Assembly (NCBI GenBank): GCA_030141605.1
Contig: JAQGDQ010002381.1
Location: 186,001 to 250,000, forward strand
Origin: Tubiluchus corallicola
Lineage: Eukaryota > Animalia > Priapulida
Reading direction: 5' to 3'
DNA length: 64,000 nucleotides
Part shown: positions 13,107-24,628 of the stretch, one piece after another
Layout of the letters: each line of letters opens with the position of its first letter
How positions within the stretch are numbered: the first letter of the stretch is position 1
The notes under the pieces: generated by a model
Database searches by the model: none
Told to the model about the DNA's origin: nothing
The model's input: only the letters and a program-made list of their open reading frames with translations
Position numbers and translations under genes: made by a program

Positions 13107-15654
13107 CTTTTTGGATATTTACACATTTTACTTACTTTCTTAGACTTAAGTTAATCAGCCATTAGCGATATGTCATCAAAGGATTCAAAATTGCTAAAAA
13201 ATACAATAAAGAGGCGTTTGGCGGACTGTGCTATGAGAGCTTACATCACTCACCCAGATGCTCTATAACCGGTTGCTCTGGGACGCCTACATTTCTTAAT
13301 TCAATCTGTGCTCACGAGACGCTAACCAACACCTTACAGAGACAATTTGGGATACCTATTTTTGCATAACGCCGTGACTGACCTAATGTACAAACTATCG
13401 ATAATTTGCAGCCATTTTAAACATTAAGGTGCGTCTTAAATACGATAAATAATTCAAAGATGCATTCATCTTAAACCGCCACCTCCAAATAGTGCACATA
13501 TTAGAATTAGAATTTCGTGAAGATACAATTGCACTTACTTCTGCTTCCATACACTGCGTGGTCATCTAGAATCTCATTGACTTAACACGATGGGTAGATG
13601 ATAAAAGATATATGTTCGTCCACAAATGCACGTTCTTTACATTTAGCACATGGCTTCATCAGCATTCTTAACTTCTACTTCAACTAGGTAGCGAAAATGC
13701 GATTGGTTGACATTATTAAAGGAATCATGATAGTGAGGTAACTTTTTATTTGCATGTCTATTAAACTTCGTTCATTAGAAAAACAAATAACCGTTCACAA
13801 ATACAAATATTATCGATGTATAAACGTTATTTGTACACAGTCCATCTTGGCGCGAGTGAATCATGAGAGTACGCTGCACAAAATTACTTGCCTCTGTCGT
13901 GGGATAAACTTGTTTCAAAATTGAAGCCAAGTCAAGCTTAACCGGCTTATCACTTGCACTGCCTATTGGTCGCCACTAGTTAAAGTTGAGTAAACAAACA
14001 CAAGTTTATAATGTCAGCTAAAACTTTCAGTATGGAGGAAGTTTTTATTCAACAAAAAAACGATTAGCATGTAACAGAAATTATTTAGGACAAGTGTACA
14101 GCTGAAAATGTATGTATTATGCGAACATCGGATAATTCGTACAAGCGCATCGTTCGTATTAACCGAAGTTATGCTTGTGCCGCCATAGTCTTTAATTACA
14201 GCTTGCATTTCGTGCAGATTTGCTTTTTTGGATACTGCATGTTGTTTCTGATGTGTCATCACGATTGTTTATCATATTACAAAAGTTGCTAAACAAGCGC
14301 CACCTTGCTGTAACCTTGGGTGTTACGTAAACTTAGCACATAGAAAATTCAGCGCACAAAGGGTTAGAATGACAATGGATGTTAAAACGACACCCAATTA
14401 GCGTGACACTTGAGACCCAAAACTCAATTACCTGCAGACTAAGTTCAAGTGACAACTCTCAATTAACAGAGGATGTTTTTAACTTAGAAACGTTTTTTAA
14501 AGCTTTTGTTCTGAAATATCTAACACTCTGAGGAGATTTTGTCAGACAATAATATCAGTAATTCGATGAACAGATAATAAATTTACACTACTGGATGTTG
14601 TCTTAATTTACTTTGGCAAAATTTGGCTGTGCACCACAGAGTCCTGTGACAGTGGAAGCTATTACAGCGGTCTCCTCCAGAAAGGAGAGGAGCGTCATTT
14701 CCAGTGAGGGACTTCTCTTATACGAGCATCATAAAGAACATCATTAAAGAAAGCAAGCTGTGCTTCAATAAAAACAAACTTTATTAAGAAGACTTGGTCA
14801 GAAGTTAGATGCTCAGGTTCGCTTATTTTCGTTTTCTACTCCCGCCCTAGAATCTCTCTTGAATAAGTCCATTTATTTACAGCTGTGCTGCAAGACTTAC
14901 CAGCTGAAAAATCAGAAATCACCAAGACAACATGGTGATTGTGGAAAGTGCTATTTTTGGTGAGATGCGCTCCATGCATGGAGGTTAGTGAGACATAGGA
15001 TGTTTGTAAGAATTAAAAGCGTCTGTAGAACATGTGTTTATCAGTAAGAGATTGCCACTTCATTTTCTGTATACATAATAACACCAAAATTATGTGTTTA
15101 TTTATATTTACGTAATACAAATTACAGTGATAAAATAATTTCTCAGTTACTAAAGTAAATTATGCATGCAAACTACAGACGATATTACGATAAATAAAAA
15201 GTTAAAACTGGCTGAAATATATGGTGAAATGTGCCAATATCGTACACGTCGGACAATTCGTTTTAGGCTTTTACAGAATATAACAAGATAGTATAGACAC
15301 TCTTTTTCCTTCCTTCCTTTTCCACCCTTTCATTAGTAAAAGAGAAGAAAAACAGAGTTTATTCCACTTTGTTATTTTTGGTACAACCTTGAAGCTCACT
15401 GTTCGATATTAGCCCAATATTTTACCCAATATAATTTTATAAAGCATTAAAACGATTCTGCATTAAATTACGGTAAGATTAAACAAAGAATAAAAAGAAA
15501 ATGTGTCTCAAATGTGAGCCCTTTCTTTAGGCCGTCCCTAGCAGAAGTGAATGCTTGACTGAGATTCATTTATTTACACTCTATGAATGAATGTCTTTGT
15601 GCACGAGTTACAGGAAGCTGTAACTCGTTAAAACGTAAAACGTTAAAAATGAAA

Positions 15655-16572
15655 ACTTTAGAAAACTAAATACAATGCAAAACTACGCACTTAGATTAAT
15701 TCATGGCTCCTCTAACAAAACTGCTAAACAACATGCTGCTTCTGCAACAAGCTTAAGAGCGTCCGCAAAAATACCAATATCAGAAGCCTATCGAGATTAC
15801 AAAACACTGATATTTCTTTATAAATATATCAATAAACTGAGCATTCCATTTATAAACAATCCCTTAGCATTCATTCCTGATACCACTTTAAACAATAGAA
15901 CACACAATTTAAAGCAAATTACAGTAAACAATAAATTTGGAAATAACTCTATATCAAAACAGGCCATACATTTATGGAACTTACTACTCAGTGACATAAA
16001 ACTAATAGAATCTCTCCACCAATTTAAAAAGAAATTAAAAGAATATCAATATAACAGGTGTCAAGTTCCACATTGTGCATCTGATACTAATTACACAGAC
16101 TCAACTTTCATCTACCCCCGCCCCTGACTCCATAAAACGATTAAAAAAGTAAAATTTTTAAAAAATTATGTAATGTAATACGTGTTACGTCAGTTTTGTA
16201 ATGTCAAATGTAAAAATAGTGAAAGTAATGAGTTAACATTAACAAAATGTAATGAGTGAAATTTATGTAATGTAAAGCATGTTTCTGTTGTGTCATGAAA
16301 AATGTATATATGTGTAAAATATGTCATGTAAAATTTAATGTACTTTTGTAATATTGTTTTGTAAAAATATTTTAATATTGTGTTTGTAAATATGTTCATT
16401 TATTGCATATAATTAGGCCTTAGTTTTGCACTTTAGTTTTTTTTTTAGTCTGCACTGGACGCATTTGTCTTGAACAGTGTTGTTATTTTAACATTACGCT
16501 GAGGATTACTCAATTTTATTATAATGAGTGAGCCATTTTAATGACAAATAAAGAATTAATATATATATATAT
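15655..16572 (+). mobile_element. 5'-truncated LINE (CR1/L2-group) ORF2 3' end plus 3' UTR
   Basis: LEKLNTMQNYALRLI...KTLIFLYK...RTHNL...AIHLWNLL.SDIK...FKKKLK is the typical post-RT C-terminus; AT-rich UTR ends AATAAAG...(AT)n. Confidence 0.75.
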
Positions 16573-17662
16573 AAGCCATGTGATTTTGGCAATTGTTTTG
16601 TTGGAGAAAAATGTTACAAATAATCCGCTTTACGTTCATTTTCTGGTAATCTCTAATAATAGCCTAGGACGCCAAAGTTTGAGGAGCGTCACGTTTTAGA
16701 CAAAATTCTTATTCTCCTCGGAAAATGTGCATACTTTCATATTCATGTAAACGGCGCATGTTATAACACACCACAGGCAGTTACTCATCTCCCCTTCTAT
16801 ATATGTACCACATAACAAACAGATGCAAGGTATTACACAACAAACAGTTGCGCAATTGCACGAATATAAACGCTGTGCAAATACACATAAATAAGAATGA
16901 TCACGTAGAAACTAGGTTAATAGTGTTTCTAATACACCACAAGTAATTGTTTAATCTGCTCATTGCATTAACAGCCACAAATTCACAATAGAGATGGGCA
17001 GCACAGAACTAGGGCGTCGCAAAGTCTTGATACGCCCCTGCTAATAGCGCAGGTACTCAACGAAAAAAGTAGTTACTAGAATAGCAATCTCATGTAAATT
17101 ATAGAGACATATAAAAACATGCGATAAACTGATTTGAGGAAAGCAGGAATAATGGTGATCTTGTCATGGAACTTGGGATATATAAGAACGCTAACGCTGT
17201 TGTTTGAAATTTCCTTAATGTCTGCTGTTCGTGTAACACTGGCGTGGCTCTTTGATATCGATTATTTGCAAGTTACCACATGGACGTGGATCGTCTTGTG
17301 TTTTTGTTTGCGGAGTTTTTTTTTGTTTGCTTGCTTCAAATTTTTGCTCACTGTTTGTAAGTTGGTTTTCTTAACTCAAATAGCAAATGCTCGTGGCCCA
17401 GAACGTTTAAAAAATTTTATGTGAAAAACTACAAAACCAAACGCCAAAAAAATGTTTCACGTATTAAATAACTTGTAAATGTGTTTGGGCAACATTCCGG
17501 GGATTTTTCCTTGCACAAGTAAGATGCTGGAAAGCAAACACAAGTATACGTAGATGATTTTAAGTTATTTTCATTAATGGAAATGCGTTCTGCAGGCTTT
17601 GCTATTTATTACATGCAGAAATGGGATGTTTTGTGTGTCAGTGCAAAACCAGAGACCTCTCT

Positions 17663-18231
17663 GTTGATGTTGTTGTTGTTGGCATTTTTCTGTCTCGGAA
17701 GACAATGGAGTGTGCGCTAAGAGAGTCAGTTATTGATCACATTGATGGAGCTGCAGCGTCGACTGTGGCTGAGCAGTCCGATCCTTGAACCACTGGAGTG
17801 GCTTCTCCAGGGCGCACGCCTGGGTAAGGTGTATGGAGATCCTGAGTTGCCCAGACAACAGGAACCCCTCTCTTCCTCCCTGGTGTAGTGCAGAGAAAGC
17901 AGAGCGATACGTTTAGTACTAGGTTGACTGCAGGAGGTGCCGGAGTCAGTGAGCATGCTGCATTGGTCCGCCTTCGGGGCTCCACTCCTGATTTGGAAGG
18001 TTTACTCCTCTACACATGGCCGTTGGGTCTCTTGACCTCCTCCGCCCTCTAACCGTTGGCTGCTTGTGCAGCTCCTCCGCCTAGTGTCGAGATACAGTGT
18101 GCGCATCCCGCAAGCCTACAGCACCTGATATTCCTAGGCGGTCACCTATCCAAGTACTAACCAGGCTCTACGTTGTTTAACTTCGGTGATCAGACGAGAA
18201 CCGGTGTTTTCAACGTGATTTCGCCGTAGTC
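17663..18231 (-). mobile_element. 5S rRNA-derived SINE (SINE3) with RTE-derived body and (CAA)n tail, apparently full length
   Basis: 120-nt 5S head (18231-18112), GC-rich body, SRIGLLSHSRRC coding remnant, tail TCCATTGTCTTCCGAGACAG...GCCAACAACAACAAC; second copy at 61923-62273. Confidence 0.85.
18112..18231 (-). pseudogene. 5S rRNA-derived sequence (SINE head), not a canonical 5S gene
   Basis: GACTACGGCGAAATCACGTTGAAAACACCGGTTCTCGTCTGATCACCGAAGTTAAACAACGTAGAGCCTGGTTAGTACTTGGATAGGTGACCGCCTAGGAATATCAGGTGCTGTAGGCTT; no T-run terminator follows it. Confidence 0.85.
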
Positions 18232-20106
18232 ACAGAGACATATAGAGATCTCTCTATTTCCGTAGCAAAACGTTTGTTTCTGCGGCAAAACTGTGTGCTA
18301 GCCATCTATCGTAAATGTCGAATGAAAATAAAATATTTTTTATGATTTGTTTCTGTTTTTAAAATTTTCTTCATTTTTCAAACTTTTATAGTCATTTAAA
18401 GACTTTACAAGCAAGATTCGATACATTCGAAACGCAGCGTTCAATTTTGTAAAGGTTAATTGGGCCCTGTAAAGCTATTTGACTTGCAGTGTGTCCACCT
18501 CCAGGGAAATTCCTCAGATTGAGATGACATTGACTGAACTAGTCCTATTCGAAATACAGCTACAGGCTGGCCTGTGATTAGATATGGACACAGGCTATTG
18601 TTTCATAGAAATGGCTTCTATTTCGCTCTAAGACGAGTCAATAATTTGAAATGAAAAGGCGAGTTTTGCGCCCTAAAGCACAAGTGGGCTTTCAAATTTT
18701 ATCTCTGCATCCACTCACCGCCCCCTTGTAATTTCAGTAACTCCCTCTTGAGTGAGGCGGGATGTCATTTGGATGAGTAATCCTTGACATTCTTACATGA
18801 AGTTGCCTCAATTAAATCACCCGTATGTGGAAACTGTACACAAATCCAAGACATATACATACTGCCTACTAAAATTAAACGGCTACCTGTATGTAATTAA
18901 GTGATCGTCTGCAATTAATTTGTCCACGTTTAATTGCTGACAATCAAGTAATACTCTTACGCTCACGTGTAAAGGGTTCACCAAATAATAGGCGACCTCG
19001 TACCGGAAAAGACCGTAATAGATTAAAGCCGACAAAACCATGAAAAGAATCACTTAATTCTGAATAAAGAACGTGCACTTGTTTTAATAACCTATATTGT
19101 CGCCATTCGTAGCTCTGGTGGCGACTAATCGACGTCGGGTACACAGTCACCGGAATTTCTCAATGAGACTGCTGTTATGACTCATTTCCTCAGCAACTTT
19201 GTTGAATTTGTTATTTCTGAGGATAAAAAGTAGGATAAAATTTAGAAAATAGATTACAATATTAGAAAAAACACCGAAACATTTATATTATATCTACTTC
19301 TAGTTCTAGTAACTTCTGTGCCTAGTGCGTTCAACGTTTCTTGCCCATACCAGTACTTTCAACAATTTAATTCAATTCTTCTTTGTTTCTGTAAAAGAAA
19401 TTGCACACAGAGACCCATAGAGAAATTACTGTGGTAAGACTACAGAAACCCACAAGTTGTTCATATATTTAAGACGTCAGCAAAAATTCAGCCACTGTAT
19501 GCAGTGATATCTCTCTCACTTAATTTTAACGATGGTGAATACAGGTAATTTCATTACAATTTCTATACAAACTAAAAACTGTGAAAGTAAAGAAAACCGG
19601 GAAACTGTCATTTGCTCGCAGGACACGTGTCTAATGCGAGTAACGAAATGTGAAGCATTGTTAGTGATGCTTAGTTAGGCTCATTCAGCTTGACAACAGG
19701 AGTTGCGTTGTTTCGTGAGCAAATAAATCCAATTTAGAGGCACTAGAAAGGTCGTTGAAGTCAATCGTCCATCGTGTTTCATGACCATTGTCAGGCTGCC
19801 TACTTTAATGCCGTTTTCATTTCATGTCAATCTTTAATGTCGTAGAAATTTTTACGGCATCTCAAAAAAAAACTTGAGAACATTTTACTAACATCTTAAG
19901 AAACTGAAGAGTTTCTATTAACTCATCGTAAATGATTTTCGTAACTCATCATAAATAAATAAAATTGCAAGGATGTTTACTGGAGAAAGTGATTCGTTTT
20001 TGCACCTTCACGGGTCGTACAAATGTGCAAAAATTAAGTAGCTATTTAACCATAAATATTTGTGATCAATTTAATTAAGAAAAAAAAACAAGCGAAAACT
20101 AGTTAA

Positions 20107-20710
20107 AGGAAAACAGGATGATTTTTCACATGCCGCCCTATATTTATAAGTATACAGCAAAAAGTATACCGCATACATTTTAGCATCTATAATAATGCTA
20201 AAGTGTTTGTGATAATAAAATAATAGTTTAAAAACTTAACTGACGGCTGGAGATACCAGCAAGCGATGACGTCAGAACTGAACACAGTTTTGTAACAGCC
20301 AAACATTCAACGAGCTTGATGCAAGTGTTTGCAAAAAACAGAAATGGAAGTATAATGCTACTGTACAACATTGACTGTGGTACACAAAAAACTTGTCGAA
20401 TTTATGTTTAAAACTTTAAAACTTAAAACCGCCGTGTTGTCATGCTATTTCACCAAAAAAAGGTAATACGTCAGAACTGAACAGAGACGTACAGTGCTTG
20501 TTTTTTATGCAATGTGTTTTCGAGATGCAGATACTATGTCTATTTAACTACTGTAGCTAATGGCGCATGAACACCGAGCGCACGCAAAATTAAACTTTGG
20601 TGGTAATAATTCTTTTACGTAAGTCACATAAAAAAACAATTATGTGCACTTTTAATATTTTACACATTAGATTACTTTTAGCTATAGCTTAAGATTGGGT
20701 CCTGTCCCCT
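20107..20710 (+). mobile_element. Family A Kolobok-like element, full length
   Basis: TTAA|AGGAAAACAGGATG...GGGTCCTGTCCCCT|TTAA. Confidence 0.8.
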
Positions 20711-21175
20711 TTAAGGAAAGAGTTGACAATTCTTTTTTTGTCTCGCTTTAGTGCACTTAGAAACGAAACTACTCATTCATGCATTAATTTTAATTTTAAC
20801 CAAATCTAGGCAGAATATTTTTAAGAATAACATACCGCATTGATAAGATATTATTTGTTCTTGTTGCCATCTTTGTCGTGGTCGCGGTTGCGACTGCTGC
20901 TGCTATTGTTGTTATGTGTTGTTATTTCAAGTAAGCATTCTAGAGAATTCTCTGCCTTGGGACCAGTATGTGATCTCGCACATTATGTTAATTATGTAGA
21001 AATATCTGTAATCACGAACACGAAGCTAATTAATTACCATGCTGTATGTACCCAATAGAGCTATATTTATTCTGCATCCTATGTCCATGTATTTTTCAAA
21101 CAAATTACTGCTTCATGAAATCTTATCATGGATAGTCCTTAAAATCCCTGCGTAAGTTTCTAAAAATCGATCAGA

Positions 21176-21330
21176 AGATAAGACAGGACAGGACAGGACA
21201 GGACAGGATTGGACAGGACATGGCGGGACAGGACAGGACAGGACAGGACAGGACAGGACAGGACAGGACAGGACAGGGCAGGGCAGGGCAGGGCAGGGCA
21301 GGGCAGGGCAATACAAGATAAGATAAGATC
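21176..21330. repeat. (CAGGA)n(CAGGG)n(GATAA)n pentanucleotide repeat
   Basis: Directly visible. Confidence 0.95.
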
Positions 21331-21544
21331 TTTATTTAAATTCGAGCTTATCTTCTGATCGAAGAGAACTAAATACATCAAAAACAATGGTGATTATGGT
21401 CAGACTGCTCACTCGTGAGAGTACTGTTATTTGGTGTTTCCGTGTGGTTGCACAACAATTTTCTTACTAAAATTTTGAAACGTATGTATAGTAGCGTCAG
21501 CTTATAGTAGGGGGTGAGCATTCTCTATCAGAAAGCAAAGAAGG

Positions 21545-21617
21545 AGTTTACAATTCCCCACGAAATTTTAAGTACTGTAACCCTAGACCTAACATTGTGT
21601 GTGGGGAATTGTAAACT
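21545..21617. mobile_element. 73-bp element with perfect 17-bp inverted repeats and an internal TAACCCTA motif
   Basis: AGTTTACAATTCCCCAC ... GTGGGGAATTGTAAACT flanking GTAACCCTAGACCTAAC. Confidence 0.55.
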
Positions 21618-22544
21618 TTAGCCCAAGTGCGAATTCGAATCGAATCAAATTTTTGACTTTCGAAATCGCTCAAACCGAGTTTCAAAATTTCAAATCCAAA
21701 TCGAACTCGAAAAAATAGTCTCGCAAAGATCACGCATATTGCTTAATTTTGTACCAAAGCAAAAAAATACTAACAATTTGGGTAAAAATCGTGCACTGAA
21801 ATAGCAGCTAAATAATGGAGTTTGCATAACGTTTGAAACGGTTTAATCTTAAGGAACTTTTGTAGTAAAGTGCTGAATTACTCAAATCCAAAATTTTAAG
21901 TTCGAATAGAATTTGAATTAAAAAACTCGTTCGAACTGAATTCACCCCAAGCTTACAGCGGAAAGCACAGAGTGCTGATTACTGTACGACTGGAATTCAG
22001 GTTCACATTTACATTTCGTTGTAATAACTATCACATCTGCAACATTTATATTCACTGGCGAACTCTACACGATCACCTCTATTCATCATGTTGGTAAACT
22101 CTTTACCAATAAGTGGTTTCAGTCAATCGCTCATTAAAACAATTCACATTCAGAATACACACCGTCTCCATTGATTGAGCCACACGAATGCTTTTTCTAG
22201 TCACAAATTTGTAACCAAATTTGCCTTGCGAAGAACTGTGGAATGAAAGATGATTCGTTTTGGAAATTTTGTCCATAAATGAAATACACGGAAACGGAAG
22301 TATGACCGTGTATTTTCACCGTCATTGTTATTCTACGGCGATGGCACACTAGGTGACAGCGTCCGACACCGGACATCAAGTTTTGGATTAAACGGAAGTG
22401 CCAATCGTCCCCCATTATAGATGACTTGATGGATAAGGCAACCCAGTAAATGACTGACTGACAAACTGACTGACTTCTTTAGCTAGGAACTACATGTGTT
22501 GCTGAGGGCTGTTCATTCTTTATTTGGTCGACTGCGTAGTTAAC

Positions 22545-22710
22545 AACTGAATGACGGACTGGTTGACTGGCTGAGTGAGTGAGTGAGTGACTGACTGACT
22601 GACTGACTGACTGACTAACTGATTAACTGGCTAGCTAGCTGCTGACTGATTGACTAGCTGACTGACTGACTGACCGACTAACCGACCGACCGACCGACCG
22701 ACAGACTGAC
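22545..22710. repeat. (CTGA/GTGA/CCGA)n tetranucleotide repeats
   Basis: Directly visible. Confidence 0.9.
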
Positions 22711-23312
22711 GCGTGAAAAGAAACAAGAATTTATTCTAGCTTATAGAATGTTTATCATCAAGAATGTTCGATTTCTTCATTGACAGATATCTTCTTATTT
22801 TGCTTAGGAATTTTCTGACTCTGCCAGTCTTTTTATTATCTAAAACGAATTACATTACTTTTTGCGCGATCCAATTTGCACTGAACTACTTTGCTAAAAT
22901 ATTTACGATATAGAAATATTTTAATCGCAATATAAACTGGAGAGGGAGAATATTTAAACGGTAGAGGACAATATCTTGACTGAGACAAACGTAAACGGCA
23001 CGCGTCAAAACTTGTTACAAATTTGCAAGCATTAGATGACAAAATTGACAAACTGAAATTTATCTGTTATATAACCAGTAGCTACAAGGGTGTCCTTGAA
23101 AATGGAAAAACAACAAGTTATACATGGAAGAATTCAATGCTTCAATGTAATTGGTTTGTGCCAGACGGTTTAGTTAGTAGTAAGGCGTAATGGTGTAATG
23201 GGGTAATAATAATCTCTGTTATGTAGTTGTAGATTGTTATTTACAGTCGGCCCAAAAGCTCTTTGGAGCTTATGTTAATTGTTGATCCAAAAAGGCGACT
23301 TTTTAAATAAAG

Positions 23313-23450
<138 letters not shown>

Positions 23451-23649
23451 TATAATTTCATGCGTTGCAGGTAGAAATTACATTAAAAACATTTTGAACG
23501 ATCGCTTTTTATTTGTTTCTTCAAAATCTCGACTTTCATACTAAGTCTTCACAGGTGACAAACAAATTAGCTCAATGCAAGAGACGTTGTTTTTCTTATA
23601 TTAGTTTCTAGCAAATGTCTTAGCACAGAAAGTTCTTCGCTGGTACATG

Positions 23650-24029
23650 CATTTCGCCATTTGCTAGTTAGATGGACGGAAGCCAATAGCGTCTGCATCT
23701 GTGAACACGTTGCAGAAAAAATACAGGCGCCGTATCTCCCGTTTTTAAATTTATAATTTCCCGAGTTTTTTGTGTATTACACCGAATGTTGCACTGTACT
23801 TCAAGTTTCGCTTTTGCAAACATGTGCAACACGCTCATGGAATGTTTGTGCTGTTGAAAATTATGTTCAATCATGAAATCATCACTAGCTGGGCTTGCCA
23901 GTCGTTAATTAACTTTTTAACCTATTATTTAATTGCCAGAAATACTTTTGCGTAATTATAGGTGCTAAAGCATATATTTACTGCACTTCAAAAAGTGAGG
24001 TAGACTGCGAAAAATAATCCTGTTTTCCT
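23650..24029 (-). mobile_element. Family A Kolobok-like element, partial, reverse orientation
   Basis: Ends ATCCTGTTTTCCT (reverse complement of AGGAAAACAGGAT); internal TGCAGAAAAAATACAGGCGC matches the family reversed. Confidence 0.65.
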
Positions 24030-24528
24030 TGACAGAGCGCATTTATTAATTGATTGCAACTTGCAAGCTTTACTTAGCCCTGTCCTGAAAGCTTCAAATA
24101 AACATTTCTTCTCTCATTCAAGCTGATTTCTGTCAATAGCACTACGAATTACATCCTACTGGATTCAATTTAGCAAAGTTTAATGCCATCTGTTTCTACT
24201 TCGCACTGTAATTATGCTGTAAACAGGATTTACTATTGGATTTTACAGTGGACTGTAATGCCTCCTCTAACCATTCCAAACCGAGCATGTTGATTCACGT
24301 GCACATGTACCCCTCCTTCACAAATCCTACTATACATAAAAATTCGTTGGATTTGTGTTTTCGTTTGGTAAGATTAGAAAAGTTAAAGGGAAAAATTTGA
24401 AACCGTTTTTAGCAAAATTTCTTCATTGTACTGATAAAAATATTCTAGTGGCTTCTTACTAAAACATAAGACCTGGAGCAAGAGATTTATTACAAACAGG
24501 AAAAAAATAGCCACTCAAATGCCATTTA

Positions 24529-24628
24529 TAGGTAGGTAGGTAGGCAGGCAGGCAGGCAGGTAGGTAGGTAGCTAGGTGGGAGATAGGCAGGCAGGCAGGC
24601 AGGTAGGTAGGCAGGTAGGTAGGTAGGC
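24529..24628. repeat. (GGTA/GGCA)n microsatellite
   Basis: Directly visible. Confidence 0.9.

Noticed and set aside
13240-13280. Possible 33-nt minus-strand microexon (VPEQPVIEHL) with a GTGAGT donor
   Set aside because: The acceptor lacks a polypyrimidine tract and no partner exons were found.
18112-18231. Functional 5S rRNA gene
   Set aside because: It is solitary, lacks an immediate T-run terminator, and is fused to the same body as the copy at 61923, so it is a SINE head.
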